A stretch of 64,000 bases of DNA. Source: Eledone cirrhosa (Eukaryota). The position numbers were made by a program, and so were the translations under genes. Within the stretch, counting starts at the first letter, position 1. Each line of letters begins with the position of its first letter. Shown here piece after piece: positions 27,391-39,290 of this stretch. The notes under the pieces are model-generated. The model had not been told where the DNA came from and searched no databases. It saw nothing but the letters and a program-made list of their open reading frames with translations. Location: positions 340,008,001-340,072,000 of the forward strand of contig OZ024743.1 of the NCBI GenBank assembly GCA_964016885.1, read 5' to 3'.

Positions 27391-28154
27391 AGGCGACAGT
27401 ACACTTCTGTGATGCACCCCTGTAACGAACGACATCGAAACTCTCCGTATTCCAATCTTTGATTCTGATGCAGCAACACGTCTTTCGGAAACGAGATCAC
27501 ATGCTGTTGGTGTAGTGGGTAGGCACTCGATACAGCACGACGATATTTCATAGAGACTCTGGGAGCTAAAGGAACTAAAGAAGAAAGAAATTGTTTAAAT
27601 GACAACTATAGACTAAATAAAATGCTCCAAAGTATTGGAAGAGAGAGAGAGAGAGAGAGGGGGGGGGATAAAAAAGGGAAAGAGAAATACAGCGATAGGA
27701 AGAGAGCGCGTTTGTCATGACAACAGTAGAGCGTCTGAGGAAAAAGAAGAGTGTGAGAATGAGGGGAAAGATATAAAAAGAAATAGATAACAACAGAGCA
27801 AATGATAAATGAAAGGGAATGAGTAATCGGAAGATAAATAAAACACTTCTAATCTTGAGTGAGGCTTGTTTCATAAAAAGAGAGAGTAGGCGGAAAAACG
27901 GACATACACTGAAAACAAACTTTTAGAAATATATATTAGACGTATATATATATATTGGGTTGGGTGTGTATTTATTAATATTATGTAAATTTGGATAATT
28001 TGGATACCGCCAAGGTTTAGAATAATAACGTGATTCTAAGCTGTTAACTTTTACTGATATTTTAATGTCTTTTTGCTGTTTCGAAAAAAATATATTTGAA
28101 AGATATATCCGTTGTTAGTATATGGAGATTTATCTACTTATGCACTTGATTATG

Positions 28155-28294
<140 letters not shown>

Positions 28295-28487
28295 AGCAAC
28301 AAAAATATCATTGAAGTACATTTTACGCAATATACATTTTCATCATGAAGTTTTGGATTTTCATTTCATTTAACAACTAATGTATTATATATAATCTTTT
28401 ATTTATTTTTGTGGTACTGCATATTGCAGTAAAAATGTATCTAATGGTTAAAACAATCTAAAGAACTAAAGAGCATATACAAATGTA

Positions 28488-28528
<41 letters not shown>

Positions 28529-28530
28529 TC

Positions 28531-28566
<36 letters not shown>

Positions 28567-28572
28567 CCTCTC

Positions 28573-28628
<56 letters not shown>

Positions 28629-28842
28629 AGTATGTGTGTGTGTGTGTGTGTGTGGGGGGGGGGGTTATGATTATTCAGAAAATATATTCATGGCCTAGCT
28701 TTCATATATTCATGGCCGAGCTTTAGTCTGTCTCTTGTTCACGATGGAGGACAGGATAATGATTTGACGTCATATATATATATAAAAAACCTGAGAAGAA
28801 AGAATACTGCGTGATTGCACATGGGTTACATATGATAAAAAT

Positions 28843-28897
28843 AGTCCTTCCTCAGTGATTTTCCATTGGTATTTCATCACTTTAAAAATCATATACC
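28843..28897 (-). ncRNA. Candidate hammerhead with non-standard segment order (copy 1; in element ~28785-29110)
   Basis: Minus strand ggtaT-A-tgatttt taa agtgat-GAAA-tacc aatgg aaaatca-CTGAGGA-aggact. Confidence 0.5.
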
Positions 28898-29107
28898 CCC
28901 AGTTGGTGCAAGCAATAGCTAAATAAAGCTATTGGGACAAGTAAATCGCGTAAAGCGAGCGAGACAAGTAAACAAACATAGAAGGATAGCAACGCAAAGA
29001 TAGGAAAAAACAAGCACATGGGAGTTCGATCAGCTTTAGCTGTGTGGATTTCATGGGCGAGAGACTACAGACCGTCCGACGCGAGTGAGGTGTGAGCAGG
29101 AAAAGAC

Positions 29108-29156
<49 letters not shown>

Positions 29157-29254
29157 TAAATGAAGTAATTCCGTCGGAAAGGTCCAGGAAAAAAGAGTGC
29201 TCTATGTAGGTTACAGAGCTTAATAGTTATGTAATAAACAACATAAGGCAATTA

Positions 29255-29315
29255 TTTCATTTACCAGTGGTTTCTTGAAAGCAAACAAATTTTGCTTTCA
29301 ATCATCAGAATGAAA
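29255..29315 (-). ncRNA. Type I hammerhead, family D
   Basis: Reverse complement of 35252-35312. Confidence 0.88.
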
Positions 29316-29480
29316 AAATCGTGGTGTATTTATTGATATTGGATTTTAAAAACAAAAATATAATCTATATGAAAGTGAGGCTGGGAAAGGAAGAAGGAAA
29401 GGAAAAATAAACACACATGCACAGACACAGACACACACACACACACACAATTACATACACACACATATATATATATACAT

Positions 29481-29511
<31 letters not shown>

Positions 29512-29779
29512 AACAGGAAAAGTGAAACGAAATTTCATTTCCTACTCTTAGTACGGCTGTTACTTAAATATAAGTATGTACACGTACATACATATATGTA
29601 TACAGATGTACAGTAGTATGTATATATATATATACATACATGCACACATATATATATATGTACGTATGGATTCACCGAACATTTATTATAATGCTCGGGG
29701 TGTTTGTAAACAAACATCCCGTATTAAGACGTAGTGTCCAGCAACCATCGTTGCTCGTTTGTTCAACACTGACAAAGGA

Positions 29780-29822
29780 ACGCTGTACTAGTTTCAAGCT
29801 TATTAGCTATCGTCAGCAACGT
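29780..29822 (-). ncRNA. Minimal type I hammerhead, family E
   Basis: Reverse complement of 30291-30333. Confidence 0.85.
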
Positions 29823-30290
29823 ATACCTTTCTGCCAGATTGTTGAACGTATATACTTACCTTATGCATATTAACTGCCGAGAAGCCCAATTTGCATATCG
29901 AGTGGGTTAATCGGCCGGGTGCACCGAAAACGATAAACGGAAAAAATGAAACGAAATTTCATTTCCCACTCTTAGTACGGCTGTTACTTAAATATAAGTA
30001 TGTACACGTACATACATATATGTATACAGACGTACAGTAGTATGTATATATATACATACATGCACACATATATATATGTACGTATGGATTCACCGAACAT
30101 TTGTACGTGTACATACTTATATTTAAGTATATGCCGTATTAAGAGTGGGAAATGAAATTTCGTTTCATTTTTTCAGTTTATCGTTTTCGGTGCACCCGGC
30201 CAATTAACCCACTCGATATGCAAATTGGGCTTCTCAGCAGTTAATATGCATAAGGTAAGTATATCGTTCAACAATCTGGCAGGAATGTAT

Positions 30291-30333
30291 ACGTTGCTGA
30301 CGATAGCTAATAAGCTTGAAACTAGTACAGCGT
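30291..30333 (+). ncRNA. Minimal type I hammerhead, family E
   Basis: acgttg|CTGACGA|t-agct-aata-agct-t|GAAA|ctag|TA|cagcgt; palindromic actagt stem III. Confidence 0.85.
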
Positions 30334-30710
30334 TCCTTTGTCAGTGTTGAACAAACGAGCAACGATGGTTGCTGGACACTACGGCTTAATACGGGATGTT
30401 TGTTTACAAACACACCGAGCATTATAATAAATGTTCGGTGAATCCATACGTACATATATATATGTGTGCATGTATGTATATATATATACATACTACTGTA
30501 CGTCTGTATACATATATGTATGTACGTGTACATACTTATATTTAAGTAACAGCCGTACTAAGAGTGGGAAATGAAATTTCGTTTCATTTTTTCCGTTTAT
30601 CGTTATCGGTGCACCCGGCCGATTAACCCACTCGATATGCAAATTGGGCTTCTCAGCAGTTAATATGCATAAGGTAAGTATATACGTTCAACAATCTGGC
30701 AGGAAGGTAT

Positions 30711-30753
30711 ACGTTGCTGACGATAGCTAATAAGCTTGAAACTAGTACAGCGT
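30711..30753 (+). ncRNA. Minimal type I hammerhead, family E (tandem copy)
   Basis: Identical to 30291-30333. Confidence 0.85.
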
Positions 30754-30952
30754 TCCTTTGTCAGTGTTGAACAAACGAGCAACGATGGTTGCTGGACACT
30801 ACGGCTTAATACGGGATGTTTGTTTACAAACACACCGAGCATTATAATAAATGTTCGGTGAATACAAACGTACATATATATATGTGTGCATGTATGTATA
30901 TATATACATACTACTGTACGTCTGTATACATATATGTATGTACGTGTACATA

Positions 30953-31024
<72 letters not shown>

Positions 31025-31297
31025 CACATATGCATACACGTACAAATACACATACATATACATATACATACATACACACATATATATCAACATACATACA
31101 CATACATACAAATACACAAACACACACACACATGTATATATATATATATATAATATATAGTAAGAAACACAGTAAACCGTGTGTCTAAAATTACAAGGGT
31201 TGAAAAACCACATTTGTTTGAAATATTTAACCAAGAAGCAGACAGAATGATAAAATAAAAATATATTATTATACAAACCGCCTCAATAACCATTATA

Positions 31298-31377
31298 TCT
31301 CTCGGACAGATTATCCCTAATCTGTTTCGCCCTGAGTGTGTTTGTAACAGATAATCCTAGGCATCATCAGCGAGAGA
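31298..31377 (-). ncRNA. Type I hammerhead, family F
   Basis: tctctcg|CTGATGA|t-gcct...gggc|GAAA|cagatta-ggga-taatctg|TC|cgagaga. Confidence 0.88.
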
Positions 31378-31764
31378 ATCAGATTAAATGCAACAAACAC
31401 TATTTGCCAACGTTCACACAGAAAGATGAATTTGTCACCTCGTGCTCCGCTAGTCAAACGTGGTAAGCGTGTATTGAATAGAAATAACAGTCCAACACAC
31501 GCAACTTAATAAGCTCAACTTGTGAGGGAGCAGAAATATATATGAAAATTAGAGTTAAAACTCAATTGGAACCCTGTAACTATTAAGCTCCAAGTATAAA
31601 AATACTGAGCCGATTTATAATATATAGTAAGAAATACAGTAAACCGTGTGTCTAAAATTACAAGGGTTGAAAAACCACATTTGTTTGAAATATTTAACCA
31701 AGAAGCAGACAGAATGATAAAATAAAAATATATTATTATACAAACCGCCTCAATAACCATTATA

Positions 31765-31844
31765 TCTCTCGGACAGATTATCCCTAATCTGTTTCGCCCT
31801 GAGTGTGTTTGTAACAGATAATCCTAGGCATCATCAGCGAGAGA
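31765..31844 (-). ncRNA. Type I hammerhead, family F (tandem copy)
   Basis: Identical to 31298-31377. Confidence 0.88.
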
Positions 31845-31959
31845 ATCAGATTAAATGCAACAAACACTATTTGCCAAAGTTCACACAGAAAGATGAATTT
31901 GTCACCTCGTGCTCCGCTAGTCAAACGTTAGTCAAATGTATGTATATATATATATACGT

Positions 31960-32656
31960 ACATCTATATATATATATACATACATACACACAATCATACA
32001 CATATACACACGTATATACACACACATACATACACATATATACACGCATACATACGCATACACAAATATAGATATATGTATACACACCTACATACGCACA
32101 CACAAATAATTATAAGAAAAAATATAATAATAATACCGTCACATAAGGATAAAAATAAATGTAAAAAATATAAATGAGTTTTACACACACATACATGTGT
32201 GTGTATGTATTTGTATGTATGTGTGTGTGTATATGTATGTATATGTATGTGTATATATATATATATATATGTGTGTGTGTATGTATATGTGTATGTGTAT
32301 GTATGTGTATATGTATATGTATGTGTATGTGTGTGCGTGTGTATGTATTTATTTTTATGTGTGTATGTGCAATTGTGTGTATTGCTTACCACGTGTGTTT
32401 GTTCATTTATTTGTGCCTGTATCGCTGTCAACTTTATAATAATTTTTACATTTATTTTTATTCTTATGTGACGGTATTTTTATTATTATATTTTTTCTTA
32501 TAATTATTTGTATGTGCGTATGTAGGTGTGTATACATATATCTATATTTATGTATGCGTATGTATGCATGTATATATGTATGTATGTATGTGTGTGTTTG
32601 TACGTGTGTATATGTGTATGATTGTGTGTATGTATGTATATATATAGAGATGTATG

Positions 32657-32660
<4 letters not shown>
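31960..32660. repeat. Inverted repeat of low-complexity arms (31960-32170 / 32440-32660)
   Basis: ataccgtcacataag...aaataaatgtaaaaa recurs as its reverse complement. Confidence 0.75.
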
Positions 32661-32687
<27 letters not shown>

Positions 32688-32688
<1 letters not shown>

Positions 32689-32779
32689 GGAACAAGTAAG
32701 ACCCCGACGGCTGAGCTCAAGCCGTTTCGACGGCTTTGGTGCGTTATGGTCCACCTGGTTCCTTACCACATTTCCTTCG

Positions 32780-32781
<2 letters not shown>
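32688..32781. mobile_element. 94-bp family B PLE end fragment with inversion (half HHR minus + 3' tail plus) in (TA)n
   Basis: Matches 6472-6521 and the reverse complement of 6394-6438. Confidence 0.8.
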
Positions 32782-32876
<95 letters not shown>

Positions 32877-33858
32877 AAATAACAGATTAAAGTTTAAGCA
32901 AAGAATCGCTGCTTTCACTCTTAACGGGATCTTCTGAAACTAACAAAGTCAATCTGTAAACGCAGAAGTGGATATTTCAAAAAACGTTGCAACCGGATGA
33001 AGACAGGAAGACGATACTTTGGTTCGTGGAAACGTTCGCTGGCAAAGAACGGGAAAAAACGAATATAATACGTCATTAATAGGAGCGGTGAAAAACAATT
33101 ACAAGCGAAGACAGAACCACGTTTATGGCATAAAAGAAGTCGTAGACTAATGTTCTCTTATGTGGTTCATAGAGACGTTCTCTGGCAATGAACGGAAAAA
33201 ACGAAGATAATACGTCATATGTGGACCGTGGAGAACAATTGCACGCAAAGACAAAACCACGTAAATGGTATAGCTGAAGTCGTAGACTAAAATTCTAACT
33301 AGGAAACCGAATGATTCTCCGCTTCAGAGTTAAGAATAAAGTAAATAAAATACAATACAGAGGTAATAGAAATTAAATAAATACATACACGCATGCAAAT
33401 ACGTACATACACAAGCATACGCGAAAACACTTGCCATAGGTATACAAAACCGCGCACATATAAATATGTGTGTGTGTGTGTGCGTGTATACAAATAGATA
33501 ATCAAATAAACGTATATAAATAAATACGTATATAACAAGCGCACACACATACCTACATGTAAATACACAAATGTTCAGAGACGTACGTCAACCAAAACAT
33601 GGAGTACACATATACACATACCCTACATACGTACGAACCTGCATACTCACACAGACGCACAACTCCCGTATACACATAACCAAACCATATGTACCAGAAT
33701 ATATATAATTATACGCCATAACATATACAATCAAAATATACGTACCTTCACAAAACATACAGGTAATATATACTTACCTATGCAAATAAGTAATAGTATA
33801 AACATAACATATACTTAGCTACTACATCAAGACGTAAAATATCCACGTATAGATCGTA

Positions 33859-34862
33859 CTATCCGTTAGGGTATAACGTGGGGCTGTAATATAGGAAAGT
33901 TTTGTGCAATTTATGTTTACAAGCCGAAATTGCCTCAGATTTTTTGTTTAAGATGTGGTCTGTGGCGTAGAGTATTTTCAGGGCCTCAGCGGCGCAGAGG
34001 TCACATGGTCTTTTATTTCCGTTATACGATCTAGCCCTAGCTAGGATCTCCCAGTGTAACTTATATTGGGTGTGATTGTCTTTTAGACTCCAGATATAAG
34101 CTGAAAGTGACGTCATATTCCTTCTTAGAGGGTAACGAAAAGAATGGGTATGCATGTAAAGACGCTGCTTGAATCTATTGGCGGTTAACCCTATGTAGGC
34201 CCTACGGGACGTGGGCGTTTCAACCTTACATTTATAGACAATGTTACTAGAGAGGCATTTCCCGGATAGGGGGCAATCAACCCGATTCCTACAATTACAG
34301 TTAGTACTAACTACAGGGTTGCACGTGTTCCTACGGCTAGGTAGTTTAGCTAAATTTGAAGCTGTGATGTTATGAGCAAGGTTAGGAGTCGTAGAGTAAG
34401 ACATTTTAATAGTATTTCTTTTAAAAATTTTACTATATTTATGTGTAGGGGGAAAATGCTTCGTAATAAAGGAAAGAAAGATCTTAGCTAATGGTGTGGC
34501 CACCTCCATATTATATGGTGGGTTATACCAACAAATGCGACGGGATCTATTTCTTCTAGGTCTATTTTCGTACTCTGTATATGCTACCTTATCGACAAAT
34601 CCACCCCGAGCAAGAGCTCGGGGTGGATTTGTAATAAGTGGAATGGTCGTTGAAAATATGCTCGTTAGTAGATAGACGGGAAAGCCTCAACGAAACGTTT
34701 CTTACCAGGTTCTTGGTTATGCTGGCAGGATGGTTGGAATGCTTACTTATGTAATTAAGCGTATCATTCGGCTTTCTATACGGGTAATACAACCCATTCG
34801 ATAAATTGAGGGTAACGTCGAGGTAATTAACGACCGAGAGATTGGCCTCAACCTTTATAGAG
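33859..34862 (-). pseudogene. Naiad-type PLE RT thumb-linker-GIY-YIG, 5'-truncated
   Basis: VNYLDVTL, YRKP, SNHP, WYNPPY, CNCRNRVDCPL, IVY...AYIGLT, CDLC..E, LNKKSEAISACKH; frame broken at the 34595-34632 hairpin. Confidence 0.9.
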
Positions 34863-35061
34863 AGATGTGTGTGTGTGTATGTTTGTGTATTTGTATGTAT
34901 GTGTATGTATGGATATGTTGATATATATGTGTGTATATATATGTATATGTATGTGTATTTGTATGTATATGTTTATATATATATATATATATATATGTGT
35001 GTATATGTATGTATATATATATATATATATATATGTGTATGCATATATGTGTGTGTATGTA

Positions 35062-35108
<47 letters not shown>

Positions 35109-35251
35109 GTGAGTGTATGTAATTGTGTGTGTGTGTGTGTGTCTGTGCATGTGTGTTTATTTTTCCTTTCCTTCTTCCTTTCCCAGCCTCACTTTCATAT
35201 AGATTATATTTTTGATTTTAAAATCCAATGTCAATAAATACATCAGGATTT

Positions 35252-35312
35252 TTTCATTCTGATGATTGAAAGCAAAATTTGTTTGCTTTCAAGAAACCAC
35301 TGGTAAATGAAA
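35252..35312 (+). ncRNA. Type I hammerhead, family D
   Basis: tttcatt|CTGATGA|ttgaaagcaaa-atttg-tttgctttcaa|GAAA|cc-act-gg|TA|aatgaaa. Confidence 0.9.
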
Positions 35313-35404
35313 TAATTGCCTTATGTTGTTTATTACATAACTATTAAGCTCTGTAACCTACATAGAGCACTCTTTTTTCCTGGACCTTTCCGACGGAATT
35401 ACTT

Positions 35405-35459
<55 letters not shown>

Positions 35460-35461
<2 letters not shown>

Positions 35462-36149
35462 CGAAGGAATTGTGGTAAGGAACCACATGGACCATAACGC
35501 ACCAAAGTACTCAATACGTAGGGTAGTAGAGTGGGTAATAGGAACAAGTATGACCCCGACGGCAGAGCTCAAGCCATTTCGACGGCTATATCTAGACTAA
35601 ATAAGAACTTTTAGCCTGGTAAATAAATAGCCGAACTTCTCAGGGGGTATTTCCTTATATGGGAAGATAGTAATTGTCAAAAGGATTGGTGAAAAATTTG
35701 TTGTAGAGACAGATGAATCTATCATGGCATTTGGTGGGAGGTAGGGGTGGCTGAACTTGCCGGTAGAACAAAGAGGGAGTGGGGGAAACCCAGTCAAGCG
35801 TTGAAAGTGAAATCTATACAGCAGATTCTAAGGATAGTGTATAAAAGGTCGAAAAAGTGTACTGGAGAAGAGAAGGGGGGGGGGAGTTGAAAGAATAGGT
35901 AAATCGAAAGGGAATAAAAAAAAAAAACCCATTATAAAAATAAGGAAATAAATAAAAAACAATTTCTGGTTACTACTCCATTTCCACAATCACCAAATCT
36001 CTCATTGGTATTGCTAAGCTATAGAAAGGTTTAATAGGTGGAGAATGGGAAAAATACTAAAAACGAGAAAGTAGTGAAAGAATTCTATAAAGCCGGCTTT
36101 ACAGGGGGTCTAACACCACTGCTATAGATAGTTAGTAATCAGCCAATGC

Positions 36150-36150
<1 letters not shown>
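35460..36150 (-). mobile_element. Diverged family B pLTR with HHR at 35553-35648 (core CTGAGAA)
   Basis: Aligns by eye with 6394-6720; flanked by (TA)n. Confidence 0.75.
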
Positions 36151-36183
<33 letters not shown>

Positions 36184-37654
36184 TAGTGTCAAGAGTTTCC
36201 GTAAATTAGATAAAGGAAAAAGAGCGCTCTTCATTAGAAAGTACAAACCGCTACCGAACACAAAAGAAATGATATTCCATCTTCCAGTAATGGGATTTTC
36301 CCCCTTTAAAAAAAAAAGAATTGCATATTAAAAAAATAAAAAAATATCCAAATAGAAGCGGATGATACCAACACTTTCAAACATTCGATCGTTGAAGAGA
36401 AACACAATCCTAGGAGGTGTACTACCATTTCACTAATACCATGCCCCGCTCACACCCAATGTATACTTGAGTAGATATGTATGAATATATACAGTTTGGT
36501 GTGGATAGAGATATGGCCTTGTACATGTATGCACGCGCATGTGTATGGGTGAATGTAGACATGTATGCATATGTGTATCTGTATGTCAAAGGAGATATAC
36601 ATGTGTGTATATGTATGTATGTTTGTAAGTGGGTACATATGTGTACATATGTATGAATCTACATACATGTGTGTGTATCTGGATATAGACGTGGGTCCGC
36701 GTGTTCATATATGTGCATATGAATATACATGCTGTTAAAAATGTGTGTATAAATTTACTTCTGCATACATATATGTATATATCTATGTTTTCACATGCAT
36801 ATATGTAAATGTATGTATGGGTCTGTGTGCACGTATATGTGTATGCTTGTTTGTATGGACATATATGTGTGCATGTATGTTTATAGGAGTGGTGACACGT
36901 AGCTTGGTGACTTGGGTATTCTACTCACGACTGCACGATCATGATTATTTCACGTTGCCCCTCAGTTCTACCTATAACTTGTACCTATAACCTATAATAT
37001 GTATGTATATATGTAACTATGTATGTATCTTTGTATGTGTATATATGTATATATATATGTATGTATATATGTATATATATATATATATGTACTATAGCAG
37101 CAAGACAATGGGAACACATACCATGGAACACTAAACTACTTGAACGTTATTTTCTCGAGTAGGCTATTTCGTTGATCGAACAATTGGAACAGCCATCGTC
37201 GAAAATGATGGAGGTCCATTCATCTAAACTCTAATAAAGTAAGGAGTACGGAACTGCGTACGGTTTATCATTTTTTATCCCATTAGTAAAATAAGTTGGA
37301 TTACTTTGAATACATAATTGTTTCTACTATTGCCACAAGGCCAGCAATTACCCAGTACATTACTGGTACTTTATTTTATCGACCCCGTAAGGATGAAAGG
37401 CAAAGTTAACCTCAGCGGGATTTGAACTCAGAATGGCAAGGGCCGTAACTCTATGCGTCAAAGCATGGCGTCCGACCCTCTACCGATACTGCCAATTCAC
37501 CGCCCTTCTTTGAATAAATAATGAATGAATATTACATAATGTATCTATTAAATTTCGTAGTGGTTGATTAAATATATTTTATTGTTTATTTAAAGATTCA
37601 CTTCTTTAAAATTTTCTAATGTCAACACTTCCGGTTAGCAATCGCTTAAATAAA

Positions 37655-37902
37655 CATTCATATATTTCCGTCACTAATTTTCTCCTAATGCAGTTTATAT
37701 ATAATATCGTCTTTTTTTAATGTATCAAGGATTGCATTACTGATTACATAAGAGAGTGTTCGTTCAATTTCTGTGTATATTGTCAATTACGATGTTATTT
37801 AATATATCATGTCTACATGCATATTTACTTGCGTATAATATCAATATGCACACTACACATGCTAGCAGAAAACCACCCGAAGGCTGGTTTTTCTGCTAGT
37901 AC
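37655..37902 (-). repeat. Dispersed diverged copy of the 3213-3440 repeat, including the ctagcagaaaacc...ttttctgctag hairpin
   Basis: gctagcagaaaaccacccgaaggctggtttttctgctagt and tttccgtcactaat. Confidence 0.65.
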
Positions 37903-38029
37903 TATTAATACTATTACAATATGTAGTACTAGATATTTTATATAGTACTTTATATAGTACTATCATATATTATATACATACTATATATGCTATATATATA
38001 TATACTACGATTATGTAGTATATATGTTG

Positions 38030-38093
<64 letters not shown>

Positions 38094-38499
38094 CACCACC
38101 ACCACCACCACCACCACCACCACCACCACCACCTGGGTATCAATAAAGGACATGTTTTTTTAATGTCGCGATAGTAAAATATTTCCCTGTTATTTAGTAA
38201 CTAGAGTGTTACCTATCGTATGAAGAGTAAACTTGGAAGTATTCATTTCCCACTATGGATAACAGTAGGTAAATAAATAAAAATCATATTGATAAAAGAA
38301 ATAAATGAATCCACTACGCCCGTAACGTTACAAATATACCGTGAATGAGTATATGTGCACATTGAATATGTAAAAATGTCTCATTTTCGTATTTCCTCGT
38401 AGATTGGAAAACAAATGATGAATTTAATATGTACACTATAAATATAGTATTAAAAAAAGCAGTGATTTGAGAACAATGAAACCAAAATATTCTATTCAT

Positions 38500-39290
38500 G
38501 AAAAAGAAATCGAGGCGGCCTACGGGTTTTGGAGCCGACTTGGCCTCCATTCAGTTTCTCCAATGTAAATGAGACGCAATCCAGTGCGACAAAGCTCCAG
38601 ACAGCCATGCACAACTGCTTGACCAGCACCGTCAAGCATGTTTTCGCTCCACCTCACAACTTTATAGCAGCGACTGGCTAAACGCCGTACCCTCTCGTTC
38701 AACTGGTACTCAGCTGGATAGCGACTGTCTCCGTATCGCTGATGCTCTGAGGTTCGGCTTCCGGATCTGCGAGCAACACAAATGCCGCCGCGGAACCATG
38801 GTAAATGCTTTCGGCCTCTATGCGCTGTTATGCCGACTCAGTGCCGGTTGTCTACCACACCATGTCGCTCTCAACGACACCATTAAGCCTGGCTTAAATG
38901 TTGCTAACTTCCCATCGCAGCCCGAACCGGTGAGGTTAAGCCCAGAAGACGGCAAAAGGCCAGATGGTATCAATTTTCACGTTCATCTGATATGTAGAGA
39001 CACTTTCTCCAACAGCAGCCTGATGAATTCAGCGACAGATCCAGATTCCGTTGTCCGACAAGCTGAAGATCGCAACCAGATGAAGTATCGACCGCTTTCC
39101 GATATATTTGTCATTGGACCTGTAGCAGTGGAGACTTCTGGTTTTCTGAGTCCCGTACTCGCCGCTATCAGGCGGATTTGGCTACTCCCAGAAATGAGCC
39201 CCGCGATTTAGAATTCCTCTTTCAGTGCCTGTTCTTCACTATTCTCCTAGGTAATGCTTTCTCAATTCTGTCCGCTGGGGCCATGAGGCA
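38500..39290 (+). pseudogene. Degenerate CRE-like RLE domain
   Basis: HVALNDTI...EPVRLSPEDGKRPDG...PVAVETSG; EPRDLEFLFQ...GNAFSIL. Confidence 0.8.

Larger units (their letters stand above)
29513..30956. mobile_element. Retrozyme/pLTR-like 420-bp unit: ~1.4 copies minus, then 2 tandem copies plus
   Basis: 420 bp periodicity (30291 vs 30711), inversion point ~30101, one HHR per complete unit, (TA)n flanks. Confidence 0.85.
31155..31930 (-). mobile_element. Retrozyme/pLTR-like 467-bp tandem unit (~1.7 copies)
   Basis: Direct repeat offset 467 bp (31159 vs 31626); two family F HHRs. Confidence 0.85.
29160..35406. mobile_element. PLE with inverted arms (29160-29510 plus 31020-31140 / 34866-35406) enclosing nested inserts
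   Basis: The arms are reverse complements, each with a family D HHR; the right arm joins the truncated RT ORF directly at ~34862. Confidence 0.65.

Noticed and set aside
30799-32877. Numerous ORFs of YIYI/CVCV/HTHT type here and throughout the window
   Set aside because: Stop-free translations of microsatellites.
33285-33340. Minus-strand ctgaagc flanked by stems
   Set aside because: No GAAA/stem III; the core does not match.
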